Shown here piece by piece: positions 14,721-27,614 of a stretch of 64,000 nt of DNA. Location: positions 682,001 to 746,000 of the forward strand of contig BCKZ01000004.1 of NCBI GenBank assembly GCA_001600815.1. The letters are read 5' to 3'. Below the pieces are notes generated by a model. That model was not told the DNA's origin, did not search any database, and saw nothing but the letters and a program-made list of their open reading frames with translations. How positions within the stretch are numbered: the stretch's first letter is position 1; each line of letters begins with the position of its first letter. This DNA comes from Alloascoidea hylecoeti. Lineage: Eukaryota. Both the position numbers and the translations under genes were made by a program.

Positions 14721-15350
14721 AGTATCTTGGCCCATGGATCACCATCAAGCACAACGACTAAACTCTCAGTAATACCTCGACAATGTTACTATTGCCTGGG
14801 ACCGACACCAGGATTCCCGCACCACAATCTTTGAAACTCCAAAATGACGATCCCAAAAAACCAGATAAGAAACTTAAAATAGCGGGAATATGGATATAAT
14901 CTTAAAACTTTAGTAGAGCGCCTAAAACTTGGATCAAAATGAACGGTAAATACAATACACCAATTAAGTGGCTCATTTACTAGACTCCCGATGACCTAAA
15001 TCGTTCCCTAAATGACACGCTCAGCATCCCACCATCATCTATAGATTTTATACCTTTGAAGAAGGTGATGAAAAAAGTGTGAAGGAAAGCAGCAAGAGTG
15101 ATCGACCGTTGCATAGACATGCCCTACGAATATGCTCAAAGATACTTTAAGCATGACCCAACCCAATGCAAGTGCGGAGCACACTCATCAAAGATGAAAA
15201 CTCATAATTGTAAATTTTACAAACAAGCCTATGAATTAAGAAGTTAAAGGTACAACGCAACATGGAAATGACCAATTTAAGATGGTACACGAAAAGAAAA
15301 AAGAACTGGATGAATATATATTATGGTATACGTCGTCGAAATTTAAAATC
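14721..15350 (+). mobile_element. Degenerate non-LTR retroelement (reverse transcriptase) relic
   Basis: Ordered fragments LAHGSPSS (QGSPLS-like), YLDNVTI (YxDD-like), KLKIAGIWI (KYLG-like) and CKCG-x7-HNC, broken by stops and frameshifts. Confidence 0.45.
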
Positions 15351-17191
15351 CCGTCATAAGATGGTGATTTTTATATTTTGTGTAGCATTGACCATAAACT
15401 TATTACAAGTAAAATCAATTATTTAGTTTACAAGAAATTGAAAAATGAAAAAAAATATATAAAAGATGAATAAAGACGACTATAATATAAAACATATTTC
15501 AAGATTATTATAAGAATTTTTGTTACTTTCTTAAAAAATAACGTTTACACCCTTATGGATATTTTCTTCTAGGTCTTGAGAAGACGGACAATTAATATTG
15601 AACCACTACATTATATCCATTTTGGGTTCTCTGAATTGTCGTTCCTTTTGTGTATTTATACAAATGAAAATTCGTCACTTGATCCAAGTCATCTTCCTTT
15701 TTGCATACTTCCATTATAGTTTTATTATCTTGTTTTACAGATAATATTGAAGACTATAATAATAAGGATACCCTCCATGATCATATGAAAGATCAAATTA
15801 ACCACTCTTATTTAGATTATTCTAATAAGAAATTTGACATTGAAGATAATTGCAACAATCAAGTTCAATCGTCAAATTATAACGATTATAAATATATTAT
15901 TCTAAATATATTCACCAGTTAGTCATAAAGCTACTCCAGTTGCAACTGTCAGTAGTGAAGACTGAGAGATTAACTTATATTATTGCCTAGATTTTGATTT
16001 ACTATTCAAAAATCTGTCTTAGAAACAAGTTAATGAAAGAAGAAGGTCGAGGATACCCGCAATTAAAAGTACAGACTCCAAATACACTAACCCTTGAAGG
16101 ATGGCAATTCCTTATTCCAAAAGGGTTTAGGTTATTTGATTAAATATATCTTTCGTGTGTGTTTTTATTTAATATATTTTTATCCTTATTTAAATTAAAA
16201 TTTATATAAATCAGACTATAATATTAGCAACGGATGAGCTTATAAATTATATATTGATTGCCTCTCGTCCTGAGTGCTCGATGTTCCAAACGTGATCTTT
16301 CGATCCATTTGTAAATAACCCTGAAGATCAATATTAATATTAATTGCGAACAGTCCTTTGTTAGGACTTAGCACCCCAACAGTTGTAATTTGAAAAGCTG
16401 TGTATACTTGCGGTCTGAGCTTCATTGTGAACTTCATAATTATGGGTATTATGGAGGAGCCCCACTTGCACTAGCTATAGAAATCGATTGGATTGTGGAC
16501 CCTCAGTATTTGAAGTAGATACCGATGGGGCACACGTGAGATTGACGATCACCTTGTGAATATGGTTGGTATTGGTTCGGATTGCCTTTACTGGGATGAT
16601 CATTAACGACACTAGCCCTCCTATTCTACCATCGGCGGTCCGCTTGCTCCAAAGTCTTTCTCAGGTTCCTTCTGTCCAATATGATGTGGACGTTTGTGGA
16701 GTGGAGGGGTACAGCTGATCCATGATTGATTATCCCAGGGTGATTCGCTCGCAAGGAATATATTTTAAGGCCCTTAGGTTTGATGCAATTTACTAAAATA
16801 CTGATAACAATTTTTTCAGAATTTTATCATTTGGAACTTCGGATGCTATAATATCTCAACTGTAAGCTTATAATTAAATATAAAATTAAATATATAATTA
16901 TTTATAAAAAAAACATATGGTTCAATAAAAATAAGAGAAAATTTTATAAAATATAGCTAAAAATCATCATTTCACTTGGTATCAAAATTTTTTTAAGAAA
17001 AACAATTAGAAAAAAAAAAAAAAAACACAATTCAAGGCTAATATTAACAACGGTGTTTGTCATCAGTGTCAATTAGTAAATCTAGAGATATCATTAATTA
17101 AGTTCATATCTATAAGTCTTTCTAGATTTCTAAAGTTTTATTATCGATCATTTATCATTTATAATTTCATATTCGTAATTATATTTTAGGA

Positions 17192-17542
17192 TTATTTCCC
17201 TGAAGTCAGTTTTCTTAATCTTGCAACTTCATCTTCCAATTCTTTATTCCTACTAATCAATTCTTCAACTTTTTCTTCCAGTTGATTCATTCTTTCCATT
17301 TTTCTTGCTCTACTTCTTCTTGCTGCTTCTGTATTTCTAGCTCTTTTTTGAGCAGCATTATCAGCACCTTCAGGTATAACAATTTCCGTTAATGGAGTAG
17401 AACGATGTTTTCTATTATATGGAATACAACCAAGATGATCTCTTTTAACTTCAGATAATAAAATTGATGCAGATTCTGCTAATGAAGAAACTGAAGAATT
17501 AGTTGATAATGGAGATTCTGATCTTGAATTTGATCTTGATCT

Positions 17543-17573
<31 letters not shown>

Positions 17574-18292
17574 GAAGGTGAAATTAAACGAATCTTTTGC
17601 CTATTATTATTACAAGATTTATTGTTATCATTATCTTTTGAAATTTGTGATATTGATCGCTTTCTATTTGGTTTTTCATTATCATTAGGTTTTGGTATTA
17701 ATTTGATAACAGTTTTAGGTTTAATCAAAGAATTTGCTCTTTTCTTAACTGATAATTTATTATTATTATTATTATTAACCTTTTTAGAATCATTAATTGT
17801 AGATTTTTGAATAACTGAATTAACAGGATCATTAAATAGTGGTTGCCATGAGTTAGGATCATTTTCTTCAAGTATACCAAACATTGGAGTTATGTCAACA
17901 TCTGTTGGATTCTCACTCGTTGAGCAAATATCAAGTGATGAATTTGTTGGCAATAGTAATTCCATGGGAGATACGGTTTTTGCGTTTGAATTACATGAAG
18001 CAAATTGATCAATTGAATTAAAGTTAAGGGGTGAATTTATTGCGGCAACAGAATCCGCAGCTGTTTTTGGAGAGTTTAACATGGTTAATAGATTACCGTT
18101 TAAAAGTTCCGTTTTGGGAGTTGGGTAAGGGTAATAAGTTAAGTAGTCAGGATCTGAATCGGTTTTAAAACCTTCAAGTACAGATTCACCAAGAATGAAA
18201 ACATTGTCATTGGAATGATGTGTTGAATCATCTTTGGACAGATCCAATTGAAGATCTGAAGAATTGTTATTAACGTTGAGAATTAAAGACAT
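17192..18292 (-). CDS. GCN4: bZIP general amino-acid control transcription factor
   Basis: C-terminal [34 protein letters not shown] and WQPLF activation motifs; uORFs in the leader. Confidence 0.95.
17544..17570. repeat. (GAT)n microsatellite encoding poly-Ser in Gcn4
   Basis: gatgatgat run, followed in the protein by RSRSNSRS. Confidence 0.9.
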
Positions 18293-18376
18293 TTTTTTTA
18301 TCAGTAGTTTATATTTGTTTCAGGAATATCAGTGGTGTGAAAATAAGATAGAAACTTTCGATCAATTGATGATGGA

Positions 18377-18397
18377 TTAAAAGAAAAAATATATCAT
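18377..18397 (-). promoter_or_regulatory. GCN4 uORF3 (MIYFFF)
   Basis: ATG ATA TAT TTT TTC TTT TAA on the minus strand. Confidence 0.75.
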
Positions 18398-18436
18398 TAA
18401 TATATTATTTTTTTTTAATTGATGAATAATTTTTCT

Positions 18437-18448
18437 TCAATCCAACAT
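18437..18448 (-). promoter_or_regulatory. GCN4 uORF2 (MLD)
   Basis: ATG TTG GAT TGA on the minus strand. Confidence 0.8.
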
Positions 18449-18510
18449 TTCTTTAAACGTTACAGTTCTTTTCTTTATTTTCTAATAATTTTTTTTTTTA
18501 ATATATTGAT

Positions 18511-18522
18511 TTAACAAGCCAT
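18511..18522 (-). promoter_or_regulatory. GCN4 uORF1 (MAC)
   Basis: ATG GCT TGT TAA, the same tripeptide as S. cerevisiae GCN4 uORF1, with an AT-rich 3' flank. Confidence 0.9.
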
Positions 18523-18872
18523 AATGAACCAACTTCCTTTATTAAAAAAACCACTTGTTACTGAAAAAAATTGAGATGAAATAGAACTAGGGAAAAGAAA
18601 AGAAAAAAGAAAAAGAAGAAGAAAAAGTTGGGGAAGACGCAAAATATATGCACTTTCCAAATGCTATGCATGCGTTCTGATAAGGAAATATTTAAGAAAA
18701 ATTTTCACGCATACGAACCCTGCTTATCATTGGTTGGATCGCCGGGTGGGCCGACGTCAGATGGAGTCTCCCAGAAAACGCTCGGGCCGGAACCGCTGTG
18801 TGACAAAGTTCACGTGGGTACCTTCGATGTATATTCTTTTTTATATATAATTATTTTATATATAGAGATTAT

Positions 18873-20391
18873 TTATTTCCACACATTTCCAAACACTTCA
18901 TCTTCCAGTAAGTTACTTCCCGTAGCAGTGCTCCTACTAGATAAAGAAGGTTGCGTACTCCATTCATTAGTACTGGGTTTAGAAATTGTTTCTTTATTTG
19001 GAGAAGCATTGGAAGAATACAATTGAGAATACAATGAGCTAAACGCAGCATTGTTATTATTATTAGTATTATTGTTGTTGTTTATAGTATTGTTAGAATT
19101 ATTATAACCAGCACTATATTGTGTATTATTAAATGCTAAAGATTGTGGTGACAATGATGATGGGATTTGTTGTTGTGAGATTGAAAGACCAGATAAACCA
19201 GATAATAAATCATTATTACCATTACCAATTGATGGTTGTATATGTTGTGGTGATGCCAATGAATTTGAAAACGTTTGGTTAGTTGGTGTTAATGGTGATG
19301 AATAAAGAGACAAGATTGATTTTTTTAAATCAGGTCTAGCATTTGTTGTAGTTGTATTAATGGTAGCACCAGACGTTGGTGTTGATGAATTATTAGGAGC
19401 TGTTAATGATAATAAATCTTGAGTTGCTGATGACTGAATTGGGGTAGATACAGAAGATGGGGCTGAAACAAAATCGCCAAAATCAAGCAATGATTGTTTT
19501 GGTTGTTGTTGGGGTTTTGTCTGGATACGAGGCGGTTGATTTGATCTTTGAGAATGATTATAACGAGATTTTGATTCTGAAGAATTTCCAATACTACCTG
19601 AGTGGTTATTATTAGTAGCCAGTTTTTGTTGTTGATTGTGAGGAGAAGTTGAATTTTCAGAAGATTTTGATCTGGAGCCTTTTAAAGTTGAAGGGTTTGG
19701 AACTTCTTTAGACGCCGCCCATTTTTTTAAGGCATATTTTGTTCTAATGAAATTTTCAATTTTGCTAATCAGAAGAAGTTATTAGTTTTCTTTATTTCAT
19801 TCCAATTTAACTATTAAATAGATCGTATCTTTTGCAGATATTGTTTAATACATACCTTTCATCAGGGGTATAATTTAAAGGTAATTTATCTTCCCAAAAC
19901 CTAAAAGAGAAAAATGGTTAAATGATATATATATTTTTTTTTCAAAAAATTGTGAAAAAAAACATACAAATTAGCTTTTTCATTGCCCCATTGAATCATA
20001 GATTGCATTTGTTCCTCAGTCCATGAATCAAGATCAATAGATTTTACTAAATGAAATTCGTTAATAAGATAACCCAATGACAGACAAGAGTCACTTTTGG
20101 ATGTAATTACCTCGACTAATATGGGTTCCCATACTTCTATGTATCCCAGAACATCTAAGATAAAAAGTTAACAAATCATTCCTTTTATTTTTATTGTTAT
20201 TTGTGTTTAACATACCTGATACAAATGAAAATACCTAGATTCCAACTTGCCCACCTTGGATGAGCATTTGTCTTACAATCAGCACAATACTTATTACCAG
20301 ATTCCTTTAATAAGGTTCTTAATATCTGCAAGTTCTTCTCATTCAGTGCTTTTCTCGCATGGATGGAAGAATTCTGATCGTATCTTCTCAT
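18873..20391 (-). CDS. AGE2: ArfGAP (Age2/SMAP-like); exons 20391-20216, 20154-20111, 20046-19968, 19900-19856, 19764-18873
   Basis: Spliced product has the CADC...[27 protein letters not shown] zinc finger, WGNEKAN and FIRTKY, and ends DEVFGNVWK; four GT-AG introns keep the frame. Confidence 0.88.
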
Positions 20392-20466
20392 TCTTATATA
20401 TTGTGTCAAACCACTTTTCTGCCAGAGTTGGACAACAAATCAACAGGCGTACGGGTGTTCGCGTGG

Positions 20467-20474
20467 TTACCCGG
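20467..20474 (+). promoter_or_regulatory. Reb1-type site TTACCCGG
   Basis: Exact motif about 80 bp upstream of the ArfGAP ATG; it recurs at 39034 and 42709 in similar promoter positions. Confidence 0.6.
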
Positions 20475-20919
20475 ACATCTTCATTTATAATGATGATGTA
20501 AGCAAGATAATTGGCAAACAACTCGCAATTATGGCCGCTTAGCTGTAGGTATAATTGGTGCATCAGCACAGAGATATTCGCAAAATAGCCAGTCACATGA
20601 TGTAAGCTGAAATGAAGCTACTGAATTCAGCCAATCAAACAGAAAGCCGACGCTCCATAAAAATAATCTCCGATGCTTTTCTAAATTCAAAGGCAGTTTT
20701 TTGTAACTTTAGAAATTACAACTTTCAGTGTTTTTACAAATTTCTATATTTATATATTTATATTTGTAATCTTCTTGTTGTTTTTGTTAAATTTCAACAA
20801 ATAGAAAAGAAAAGATTTTACTGAGTTTTTTTCCATATTAGCTGAAATTATCTTAAACTTGTTTTTTAATTGACGCTTGAATAGGACTATTATCTCACCC
20901 CTATATCTTTATTTTTTTA

Positions 20920-21829
20920 ATGATGAGATCTAGCAGTTTATTTATCATTTCTACTCCGCACACTCAAACTAGAGATTCAACAGAACCAATTACAAAACCA
21001 CAATTACAATATATACTCGATTTTATTGATATTGTTAAAGATAGAATACGGAGGCGTTCTCATATGCCAAATTTAAAGAATATTAATAGGAGTTCAAATA
21101 CAAATTCAGAAACCATGATACCAACAACGCCCAATTTAAACACAACCGTTATCACTTTAAGTACTACTAACAATAATGATAAAGAACCTTCACAATATAA
21201 AGATTTATTAATATCTCCTTTATTACGGATATTTCAAAAAACAAAAAAAGTTGAATTACCTATTTTTACATTAGAAGAAATAAAAACACATTGTCATAGA
21301 GAAGATATATGGATGGTCATAAATAATAAAGTATATGATATAACGGTCCTAATGAAAAATCATCCGTATGTATAACAAATCTTTTCTATCAATTAAGAAT
21401 TCAATTGTTTACTAATTATTAAATAGTGGAGGTGATGAAGTTCTTCTTGATTGTGGCGGAGTAGATGCCACTGACCCCTTTATTGATGTTGGCCATTCAG
21501 AGGCTGCTTTTAATATGCTTGAACCCGTCTTAATTGGAGTTGTTGATCCAAGGGTATGTTTATTAGTATTTTTAGCTGTTTAAGCTATCGCGTTTAGTTT
21601 GTTTATTATCTATAATTGATGATAATGATAAGGATTATAACTAACATCTCTTTGATATAAATAGCAAGTTACAAATTCATCAAGATCTATAAATTGTGAT
21701 TTATTTTGGCAAAAAAAACCAGAAGAAAAAAAATTAATCCATTTAAGTTCAACAATTATGTTTTTACTGCTGGCAGTAATAGCAGCATCATTATTTATTC
21801 TTGTTCAAAAATTGAAGCATCTTGAATAA
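20920..21829 (+). CDS. Tail-anchored cytochrome b5-domain protein with N-terminal extension; exons 20920-21365, 21427-21553, 21665-21829
   Basis: WMVINNKVYD, HPGG (spans intron 1), DAT and VGHS heme motifs; C-terminal hydrophobic helix; GTATGT..ACTAAY..TAG introns. Confidence 0.85.
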
Positions 21830-24178
21830 ATACAATTAATATTATCAATTATCAATTAACATTATTTACAATTACAATTAAAAATTATTAAAATTATTAT
21901 TATTATTATTTATTTTGTGTTTTGTTAAATTTGTTATTCATTTTTTATATTTATTTCATTTTATTTTGGTTCTAGATTTATTGACGTCATTTATCAATTG
22001 AAATCTAATCAATCTATGCATCTATCTTTTGTTTATCTAAATTTGATGTCATTGTTAGCATAACACTATAATTTTATATATAACCGTCATTTATTTATAT
22101 TAAACAATTATAATCATCTATTTCATATTTCTTATGGGTATTACCTGTAAAGCTTGTCCATTGAGATTTATTAAAACACTGAATAAAAAAACATCTAGAA
22201 TCTAGATTGATATGTATTTATGTTATACCTGGTTTACAAGATTCGAATAGGAAATGCATAATGTTTCGTTTTGTATTTTCGCTCTGATCATGAAATGAAT
22301 TCAATATATATATAAAATAATCTATACAAATTTATAGTTATAATTTAATTAACATTTTATATGTATGAAACAATAATTCAAAAGAATCATATATAATATT
22401 AGATGTAATTTGTAAAACAATAGCAATTTTAGTCTCGAAATGTTCGTATACGTACTCTGTAAAATCAATGTGAAGAGTATATCTAGAAAATCTAGAAACT
22501 TCATCTTTTTATGATAAGTAAATTATATTTCCAAGTCAAGCACACAAACACTGTCATTAAGCGTTCTAGTATTCTTAACGTTGAAACATCCTACTCTCAA
22601 TAGAACTCTTTGAGATATAGCTAGCAATTTTACTCATATTTGTACATGTTGTTCCTTTAACACATGGTTCTACTAATCAGTTGGAGATCTAGATTTCTTT
22701 GTTTCGACAATCTAAATCACCTAGGCCTGTATAATTCTGCTGGCCATAACAAGCATTGATCAACAAGACCAACAACTTTATATAGCCATGAAAGACAATA
22801 TGAAATAATTAATCTTGAGGGGCTTGTTCTATGAATGTAAAGCCCTAAATAAATATATGTGTATTTGAATTATAGATGAAGTTCGCCAGAACTTTCCTTA
22901 ATAATAGTTACCTTCGCTAAAACTTACTACACATTAAATAGTTATATGATTAATTAACTAGTTAGAAACAAGATAAAAGGTGAACAAAATCTACTTTACA
23001 GGTTTTGTTCTACACTGAATTACATTTATATCTTTTAAAAAGAATAACTATACAACAGTAGTAGCAATTTAGCATAAGTATTTGTTGGCTATCTCTACTC
23101 AGTCTCTTTTAATCAACATTTTTTAAGTAAATAACCATTCAATTTCTGAAAGATTTATTAGATTTATCAGAGTTAGATGTAGAGCTGTTCCTGAACTTGC
23201 AATTGACCATGGTGATCCAGGTAAATTTAAGATAAAATAATAAGCTTCTATATGCATATGCATATATAAGTATCGATATCGGTCGTGTAATTAAATTTAA
23301 AACTAAAAGATTGGTTATAAATGACATTGAATAAAACTACGGTCTAGTTACTAAATATATAGCTGATTATTCTCACAATTGATATCTTAATTATGATATA
23401 TATATTTTGTATCAAAGAAGAAATTTTCAGAAGCATGTATCATAATATAATCAGTTAGAGTTAAATAAAAAGTATGTTTGGATCGATATATTTAGCTGAT
23501 ATAATTAATGTTAATCAAGATTCAAGAACAAAGAAGTTATTCCTCTGATTTCTTAGAATTCTCACCTTAGTCACCCTGCAAGAATCGTCTGTATTCAATT
23601 ATTATCATGATTAATGTCAGCTAATAGTTCTAGGTTAAATTCTTTTGGAAAGGAAATATATCTCGTTTAATTATTTATCTATTTTAAATATAGGAACAAT
23701 ATTTCAAACCCATTTAATATATATTACTTTAAAAATCATTTCATAAATTTTTTAGATAATAATGTATTACACCCTTGGAACAGTTCACTAAAGAGTCGAT
23801 TGGCTTTTTGGCGCAACTGGGAGAACAGGCACTTTGAACTTTAACAAATAAAATAATTCCTGTTCAGGAATATATTGTACGTATACCTTGTTAGTGAATT
23901 GGTGATAAATCTTGGTTAAAATCAAATATATATATATATATATATCAAGTTTCTTGGAGCTCAAAAAAAGAGTGCTTAAGCAGGCCGAATCCGGCCCTGA
24001 GGGAAGTCGGTGGTTTCATTCGAATTGTTGGAGGTTAAACGCCAAAAAAACACCTTTATTAAATGGATATATAGTTATAATTTGTATTATTGGCAATTAA
24101 TTGCTCACTTTCTAGGTTTCTTATCGATGCTTCTGAATTTGCTTTGAAATTGATAATATTTACATTCTATTATAGATT

Positions 24179-24720
24179 TTAGCATAATCTATTTACTAAC
24201 CAGGCAAACAGATAGGCTTTATGAGTAAATCCGAGTATTTCTGATTGACTAGACCGAACAAAATCCAACATTTCAGGGTCAAAAAGACACGCTTCTTCCA
24301 TTGCTAAATAAACCTCAACTTCATTATAAGGCTGAAATTTAAACTGATTTATAAAATCACGGGTAAAAATAAATCTTTTATCAAAATGAAGAGGTGGAAA
24401 CCAAAATTCCTCTTCATCAGTGACATTTGATACTTTCAAACCACCAGATAGACGAATATGCAAATTGTTTATTCTATTCTCTAATTGTGTAAATCTTAGA
24501 TCCATATCGTTTATTTTAGTTTCCAATTGTGTATATTTTAAATCTATCGTTTCGATGATTTTTGTTTCATAGTTTTCTGCCAATTTTTTAGATTCAGCGG
24601 TTAAGTCCTTTAACAATATATATACATATCCTTTAGGTTTATCATTCCACTTGAATCTGACGCTATGTCACAAAAATCTGAAGACCCGGTGGTCAAAACT
24701 GAGTATGCATCTGTGGACAT
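24179..24720 (-). pseudogene. Orphan coiled-coil family copy 1, frameshifted by an extra TA in a TA run (24616-24624)
   Basis: The ATG at 24720 (MSTDAYSV) is 104 nt upstream of the 145-aa ORF; removing 2 nt gives DMYILLKD, matching DIYTLLKE of copy 2. Confidence 0.8.
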
Positions 24721-25236
24721 CTTATATTATAAGGATCCTAAATTAGTGATAAGGGATATTTAATTAAATAAATTTTGATTTAGTTGTATAAATAAATACC
24801 TAGTACCTACCACGGCTTCAATTAGATTTATATCAAGATTTTAAAATGTTGGATTATCAGCCGAATTTATAGTATAAGCCAATACTCAGTTGAGCTATAA
24901 AATAAATACCTGTCCAACTACTAAGCAACCTATAAATCATGTTGATTTTAATTAATATCAAAAAGGCAACTCCAAATATGTCGATACTCGTAATTTATAA
25001 GAAGCAGACGAAATTGATCATATATAGGACTAATTTGGAAAATACATCATTTTTTATAGCGCATAAGAAATGTAAAACAGGTTCCTCGGAGTTCACACTT
25101 GAGTGATCAGGCTAGTTGGTTATAAGGAACTTACTTGTTCAACAAATAGCTATAGGCCAAGGAAAAATAAAAAAACACCTTTCAAAAAAACATTCTTTTA
25201 TATGAAGTTGTAAACTAATGGCGTTAACATTGCTAT

Positions 25237-25519
25237 TGTCAGGTTATTATGCATGTGAGACATCGATACGGGTATCAACACCTATAAATACAGTAATGCC
25301 ACAGTTATTTTAGCAACGTCTATAATTAAGTAAATTTAGACATTTATTTTATATAAAGATAAGGGGGAAGAAGAGAATCGAATGAGGTTTCTAATTCTAC
25401 ATAGAAAAGTCTCTCTTTAAATACATGAGTTAGATTGGGTAAATGAGAAACATAGGAACAAGATCATAAGGAATAGATAGGATAACAAACAAGATAGTAT
25501 CATATTATAACCTCAAACA
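25237..25519. mobile_element. Possible solo LTR
   Basis: 283 bp, TG...CA ends with imperfect inverted termini (TGTCAGGTTATTATG / CATATTATAACCTCAAACA) and internal TATA-like motifs; no clean target-site duplication. Confidence 0.3.
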
Positions 25520-25692
25520 GTAGGACTTCAGGAATTGATCGGTTTCAGTGGTAACTTGTAAGTGGTTAGCGCGTTATCCCTCCTTGAGTCTTTGTAATAC
25601 AAGTCATTCTTCAATTATGGATATATAAACCGCTAACATTAAACTGCTATATCTTTATATTCCTTACATAAGTACAGCTATACTGCTACTTA

Positions 25693-26262
25693 TTAACGGT
25701 TATCTAGTTTTCTAATAAATTCTTCTGCATCTGTTTTGATATTTCCTAACCACTCAAACAGATCAATTTTGTGGGAAAATCCGAGTATTTTTGATTTATT
25801 GGCACGAACATACCTCAATATTGTAGAGTCATCACAGGCATTTTCCAGTGCTAAATATACCCCAACCTCATTATAATATGTATTTTGAAATTGATATTTC
25901 ATATTTCTGAGACTGCTATCATATTTGCAACCAAAATGAAGAGATGGAAAGTAATATGCATCAACATCACTGGAATTTGATGCACTATGTTTGCCAACAA
26001 CGGATAATTTAAATTTGTTAGATAAACCAATGTACATATTGTTTATTCTAGTTTCTAATTGACTAAGTTTTAGATCAATCGACTTAATATTTTTTTGATA
26101 GCGCTTTGCCAGATTGTTAGATTCGGTGTTAGAATCCTTCACTTCCTTTAATAATGTATATATATCATCCAGATCTATATCGGTTGAAACTGAAGCTGTA
26201 TCACAGGATTCTAAGATATAAGAGTTGACAGTATTTGAGCGAGACAATTCACTTGTAGACAT
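25693..26262 (-). CDS. Orphan coiled-coil family copy 2 (intact, 189 aa)
   Basis: Open ATG-to-stop ORF, homologous to its neighbours (QLETRINN, FPSLHF, YNEVGVYLALENAC, ILGFSHK). Confidence 0.85.
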   Translation of the reverse strand: MSTSELSRSNTVNSYILESCDTASVSTDIDLDDIYTLLKEVKDSNTESNNLAKRYQKNIKSIDLKLSQLETRINNMYIGLSNKFKLSVVGKHSASNSSDVDAYYFPSLHFGCKYDSSLRNMKYQFQNTYYNEVGVYLALENACDDSTILRYVRANKSKILGFSHKIDLFEWLGNIKTDAEEFIRKLDNR

Positions 26263-27614
26263 CTTATAGATCTTACAACGAATAAAAATATTTGCAGCTA
26301 TTAGTTAGTTATATTTTTGGGCTATAACTTCGTGCGATTGGACTATGCATATAAATCACTAGTATTATGGTGATAATTAATATATACTATAATTAGTTTT
26401 TGTATAAATGTAATCATATACAGCAATTGAGAGATTAATTTTAAAGTTGAATTGAGTCTTATAATATACATACATATCGTTACTAGAGTGTCAGTTATAT
26501 ATATTTATATATCAAATTTTCAAAAAGTTGGATTTTCAGCTAAATTTATAACATATATTCCGTTGAGCTATAACTTAATTATATAAATACCAGTATATTT
26601 TAATAATAATTATGAGCAACTACTAAGCAGACTATAAAATATGTTGATTTTAATTCCAGTAGTATCAAAAAAGGTAACTCCAAGTGTAATACCGAAAATC
26701 GTAATTCATAATATGAAGACCAAATTACATGTAGAACTAGGCTGGAAAATACATCAGCTAATTGATTAAATATCTTATAATAAATGGGCTTCGCTCAGGT
26801 TCATTGAACTTGTGATTCGGAAAACCCTGGTAGTACATAAACTATGGATTTTTAGGAGTAGGCGTATATAAGTTAGGGGTTCTTATCAGGATTCAGGACG
26901 CTTGCAACCTGTTTATATCTTCCTGCAGTCTCCTAGAGATATTACCTCCCACAAAATTATTAATAAAGTTCTAAGTTCCTGTTTCTCCCAGTTACACCAA
27001 AAAGCCAAACAACTTCTTGTGAACCGTTCTAAGAGTGATACCTGCATATAACTCTAAAATATTAATAGGCATCAGCCAATGTATAATTGTACTTACAGTG
27101 GAAATATTCCTAATCGCCAAGACAAACTCGAAATTGTTCACTGAAGCTGATAACACTACCAGTATAATACGGATATTTGTGTTACCTAATGGGGTATTTA
27201 TGCACTGTATATATGTATAATGTTTGCATGTTACTGCATTCATGCGTTACGAATGAAGGAAAGGGCTCATATTTGAATAGCTTATTTATCTAGCCTCAAC
27301 TAACCGAACCAATATAAATTCAATAAGAACGGCATGAATTCCATTCGACATATATCTAACAGTTTAACTCTTTGAAAATTCATTTAATTCTGTTGGTGGT
27401 GGTGCCAAGGATTTCAAAATGACGTGTCAGGAAAGTCCATGACTGCCACCATACTTGGGCGCTTAAATACTACCTATTATCAAAGATTCCAAACAGTATC
27501 ATTCGAGCTTCAGATCATTTGTTACACACATATTTACTGCTTTATGACAAAAAGACTAACATTTCTTGTTAATCTTCTAATATATATATATTTATATATA
27601 TCCATTTTCTATTT

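Noticed and set aside
15701..16140. 73-aa Asn/Asp-rich ORF and nearby fragments
   Set aside because: Non-ATG start, no recognisable motif, and no consistent exon model found
18628..19026. 132-aa plus-strand ORF
   Set aside because: TTG start; antisense to the ArfGAP 3' end and the GCN4 promoter
23780..24050. GC-richer patch resembling a structured RNA or hammerhead
   Set aside because: No hammerhead core, Pol III boxes or snRNA motifs could be matched
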